Positions 45,478 to 48,646 of a stretch of DNA of 48,646 bases are shown piece by piece; position 1 is the first letter of the stretch, and each line of letters starts with the position of its first letter. A program made the position numbers and the translations under genes. The notes under the pieces were generated by a model. The model did no database searches. It saw only the letters and a list, made by a program, of their open reading frames with translations, and was not told the DNA's origin. This DNA comes from Mobula hypostoma (taxonomy: Eukaryota), in assembly GCF_963921235.1 (NCBI RefSeq), contig NC_086098.1, positions 236,421,355 to 236,470,000 on the forward strand, read 5' to 3'.

Positions 45478-45834
45478 AACCTGACTGTGTCTTTTTTGTA
45501 GGGCAGGACCCCTCCACAACCCATACCTCCAATTGATCGGGACACCTGGCTCCAAATAACTTTTGTAGAAGGCTTTATCCCAGAGGTTCACATACTTTTT
45601 CCAACAAATCCATGTAATATTGGATCACTTTTCCAATTAATAAATGGAAAAAATATTATGTTTTTGTGTTATTTATTTAATTTGGTTCCGTTTATCTAAG
45701 ATTTAGGACTTACGTGAAGATGTGATCACATTTTAGGCCATATTTATGCAGAAATAGAGAAAATTCTACAGGGTTCACAAACCTTCTAGCCCCACCGTAG
45801 TCCAGAGAAGCCATTTACCAACCAAGCCCATGTC

Positions 45835-46082
45835 ATAAGTCACAGGAGCAGACTAAGGCCATTTGGCCCATTTAGTGCTCCGCCATTCCGACATGAGTGA
45901 TTTATTATCAATCTCAACCCCATTCTCATGCCTTCTCTCTGTAATCTTTCACACTGTTGCTTATCAAGAACCTATCAACCTCTGCTTTAAACATACCTAA
46001 TCACTTGGCCTCAACAGCCGTCTGTGACAATGAACTTTGCAGATCTAACATCCTCTGGATAAAGAAATTCCTCTTCTTCTCC
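45835..46082 (-). mobile_element. CR1 3' fragment
   Basis: Same reverse CR1 tail as 23070-23430. Confidence 0.8.
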
Positions 46083-46729
46083 AGCTCTGACTATTCTGAC
46101 AGTGAGGGATTTGAAACAGCCAGGGGCGTGATGGACTTCAGAAAATAATTTTTAAGTACAGTCGCTTCAGATTATTGCTAATGAAGTATTTATCCAATTT
46201 TCCCTGAAAGTTCCTCTTGCGTTAATCTCCGTCATCTTTTCAGGCAATTCCAATGATGACATCTTTTTTTATTTTTATATAAAAACTTTTTCAGAGTTTT
46301 GTTCTTCTGGCTACCCATCAGCCTCCTGTCGCTGGGAAATGGACCCAAATATTCTCAGGAGCGGGAAGTATGGCTAGTTCTTATTTTTGTCTTATTTCTG
46401 TTCATAAATTAATCCTACAAAATGACTACAAAGCACTTTCTTTTTCTAAAAATAATCCACCAAATATGATGATATTTTAACTCCCTTAGCCTGGTGAGAA
46501 CTTCTCAGGGTTTGGCTTCCAGTACTGATGCATAGGGTTGGATTCTGTGTGTCCAGTGACTTGTGGAGTTGTTAATCTGTGACAAGGACAGAGCTGACTG
46601 CTCTGTTATAGTTGACTTTCAGATAAGATGTTAATTCAAAGCCACGTTCCCCTGAATAAATAGGCCCCACTTTGAAGAGCATCTCCATCGATAGTTAATG
46701 TCTCCCAGTGATATTAATAGTAGGGAGTC

Positions 46730-47352
46730 ACTGGTAGGTAGTCACCAACATATTGATGCAATTACAAAGAAAGCACAGCAGCGGATATATTTCAATTGGA
46801 GTTTGTATGTCACCAAAGACTCGCAAATTTTTACAGATATACCGTGGAGAACATTCTAACTGGTTGCATCATTGCCAGGTTTGGAATGACCACTGCACAG
46901 GTTAGGAAAACCTGCAGAAAGTTGTAAAGTCAGCCAGCTACATCAAGGGCACTCGCCTCCCCAGCATCGAGGACACCTTCAAAAGGCGAGGCCTCATGAA
47001 GGCAGCATCCATCATTAAGGACCCCCATCACCCAGGATGTGCCCTCTTCTCATTGCTACCATCAAGGAGGAGGTCTTTAGGCTCCCAAATCACCTCCTTG
47101 ATGGTAGCAATGTTTCAGGAACATGTCTTCCCTTCTACAATCAGATTTTTGACTGGACAATGAACTCGTTAATACTACCTCACATTTTTTCTTTTATTTT
47201 TTGATCTGTTTAATGCACTACCTGTTTAATTTTTATATGTATTTCTGACTATAATGTATAATTTCTTATTTTTATGTTTTGAATTGTACTGCTGCCGCAA
47301 AGACAACGAAGTGCATGACATACGCCAGTGATATTAAACCTGATTCTAATTC
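46730..47352 (+). mobile_element. Rex1/Babar-type LINE 3' fragment
   Basis: KKAQQRIY..ENILTGCI..IIKDPHHPG.ALFSLLPS with tail attaaacctgattctaattct. Confidence 0.85.
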
Positions 47353-47519
47353 TGCTGTGAGATCTATACTCCTTGACTGTTGTCCTTCCTCCGTAACATC
47401 AGTGACGATACTTCAAATGCTACTACACTGAGAGATGGGTTCTTAAAACCTGCTGTTCAAAAACAAGGGCCAGTACCTGGTAAGGGGAGATTAAAGCCAA
47501 AACCACTGGGTATCTTATA

Positions 47520-47710
47520 GCAACACACAAAATGCTGGAGGAACTCAGGTCAGGTAGCACCTATGGAGGGACTGGACAGTCGATGATTCAGGTCCAGGCC
47601 CTTCGTCAGTACTGGAAAGAAAGAGGGGAGATGGCCAGTATAGACAGGAGGGCGTCAGTGGTTGGAGCAACAGCTGACAGGTGACTGTTGGATCCAGGTG
47701 AGCAGAGTGA
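47520..47710 (-). mobile_element. Penelope-derived terminal fragment with hammerhead relic (47577-47614)
   Basis: Minus strand CAGUA-CUGACGA-AGGGCCUGGACCU-GAAUC-AUC-GACUG. Confidence 0.7.
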
Positions 47711-47917
47711 TAGGCATCTACTAGGTGCTGTCCAACAACTACCCAGGTTGACACCTTCCAGTATTCCCCACAATACTCTAAAGCAGCGTTCATCCCTTTT
47801 TTATTCCATAGACCCCTCCCATGAACCAAGGAGTCCATGGACCCCAGGTTGTGAACTCCTGCTCTATAGAGGATCTCGGTGGTCTTTAGAACATTGGGGA
47901 AAATATTAGGAGCTCTT

Positions 47918-48095
47918 TAGGGCAGCACAGTTAGCATAACACTTCTGCACTGTCAACAATCTGTGTTCAAATCCACCTCCACAAGGAGTTTGTACTTTCT
48001 CCTCATGACCGCATGGGTTTCATTTGGGTGCTCTAGGTGCAGGTTAGCAGGTTAATTGGTCATATGGACGTAATGGAGCAGTGCGGACTTGTTGG
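47918..48095 (+). mobile_element. V-SINE fragment
   Basis: gtgttcaaatcc B-box-like motif and aaggagtttgtactttct..gcatgggttt. Confidence 0.65.
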
Positions 48096-48103
48096 GTCGG
48101 GAG

Positions 48104-48646
48104 GGCGTGGTTTCCTTAAGGGGAAATCTTGCTTGATAAATCTGTTGGAATTCTTTGAGGAAATAACAGGCTGGATAGACAAAGGAGAGTCAGTGAAAGT
48201 TGTTTTCTTGGATTTTCAGAGGGCCTTAGACAAGGTGCCACACATGAGGATGCTAAATAAGAGCTTATGGTATTACTGGAAAGGTATTAGCATGGATAGA
48301 AGATTAGCTGACTGGCAGAAGGCAAAATATGTGAATAAGGGAGACCTTTTCTGTTTAGCTTGTGGTGGCTGCTCTGCAGGGGTCGATGTTGGGATTCCTG
48401 TCAATGTCAATGTTTTGGATGACAGAATTGATGGCTTTGTGGCCAAGCTTGAAGTTTACACAAAGATAGGTGGAGGGGCATGTAGTGTTGAAGAAACAGG
48501 GTGTCTGCAGAAGGAACTGGACAGATTGTGAGAATGGGCAAAGAAGTGGCCGATGGTATATGGTGTAGGGAAGTGTATAGTCATGCACTTTAGTAGAAGG
48601 AATAAGGGCGTAGTCTGTTTTCTAAATGGGGAGCAAATTAAGAAAT
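48104..48646 (+). mobile_element. CR1 RT fragment running off the window end
   Basis: GFLKGKSCLINLLEFFEE..FLDFQRALDKVPH..LQKELDRL. Confidence 0.9.

Larger units (their letters stand above)
43331..45797 (-). mobile_element. Tc1 (DD34E) DNA transposon with long IR/DR-type TIRs; transposase is a pseudogene
   Basis: TA|cagtggtgctagaaagtttgtgaaccctgtag ... ctacagggttcacaaaccttctagccccaccg|TA, with TIRs of about 215 bp and inner direct repeats (aaaagtatgtgaacc). Confidence 0.95.

Overview
This is vertebrate genomic DNA, and the repeat content suggests a cartilaginous fish, probably a ray. That content includes CR1, Rex1/Babar, HE1/HER1-type V-SINEs, Penelope-derived short elements, Tx1-type L1 and Tc1. 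The one gene I can fully reconstruct is a 10-exon Rhesus ammonia channel on the + strand, best matching Rhbg. Its CDS runs 15744-28124 (1383 nt, 460 aa), all introns are GT-AG with consistent phases, and it has a TATA/GC-box promoter and an AATAAA at 28287. A 436-N assembly gap lies in intron 5 and removes no exon. A second CpG-island promoter with a perfect ETS-CRE composite sits at ~33.5-34.1 kb, followed by a young 178-bp G/C-skewed tandem array; I found no coding exon for that gene in the window. The rest is mostly nested transposon debris: an R4/Dong-type element carrying a solo LTR, a Tc1 interrupted by Rex1, Tx1, RTE, and a near-intact CR1 reverse transcriptase. The most notable observations are (1) minimal type-I hammerhead ribozyme motifs carried by the abundant Penelope-derived short elements, (2) a possible HDV-like ribozyme relic, (3) unusual Rhbg substitutions (conserved Asp to Asn221 and altered C-terminal targeting motifs), (4) an 18-bp double-CCAAT palindrome inside an apparent Deu-SINE relic, and (5) an orphan candidate terminal exon at ~3.4 kb. 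Repeat family calls come from motif recognition, not database searches, and repeat boundaries are approximate unless a TSD or TIR is quoted.
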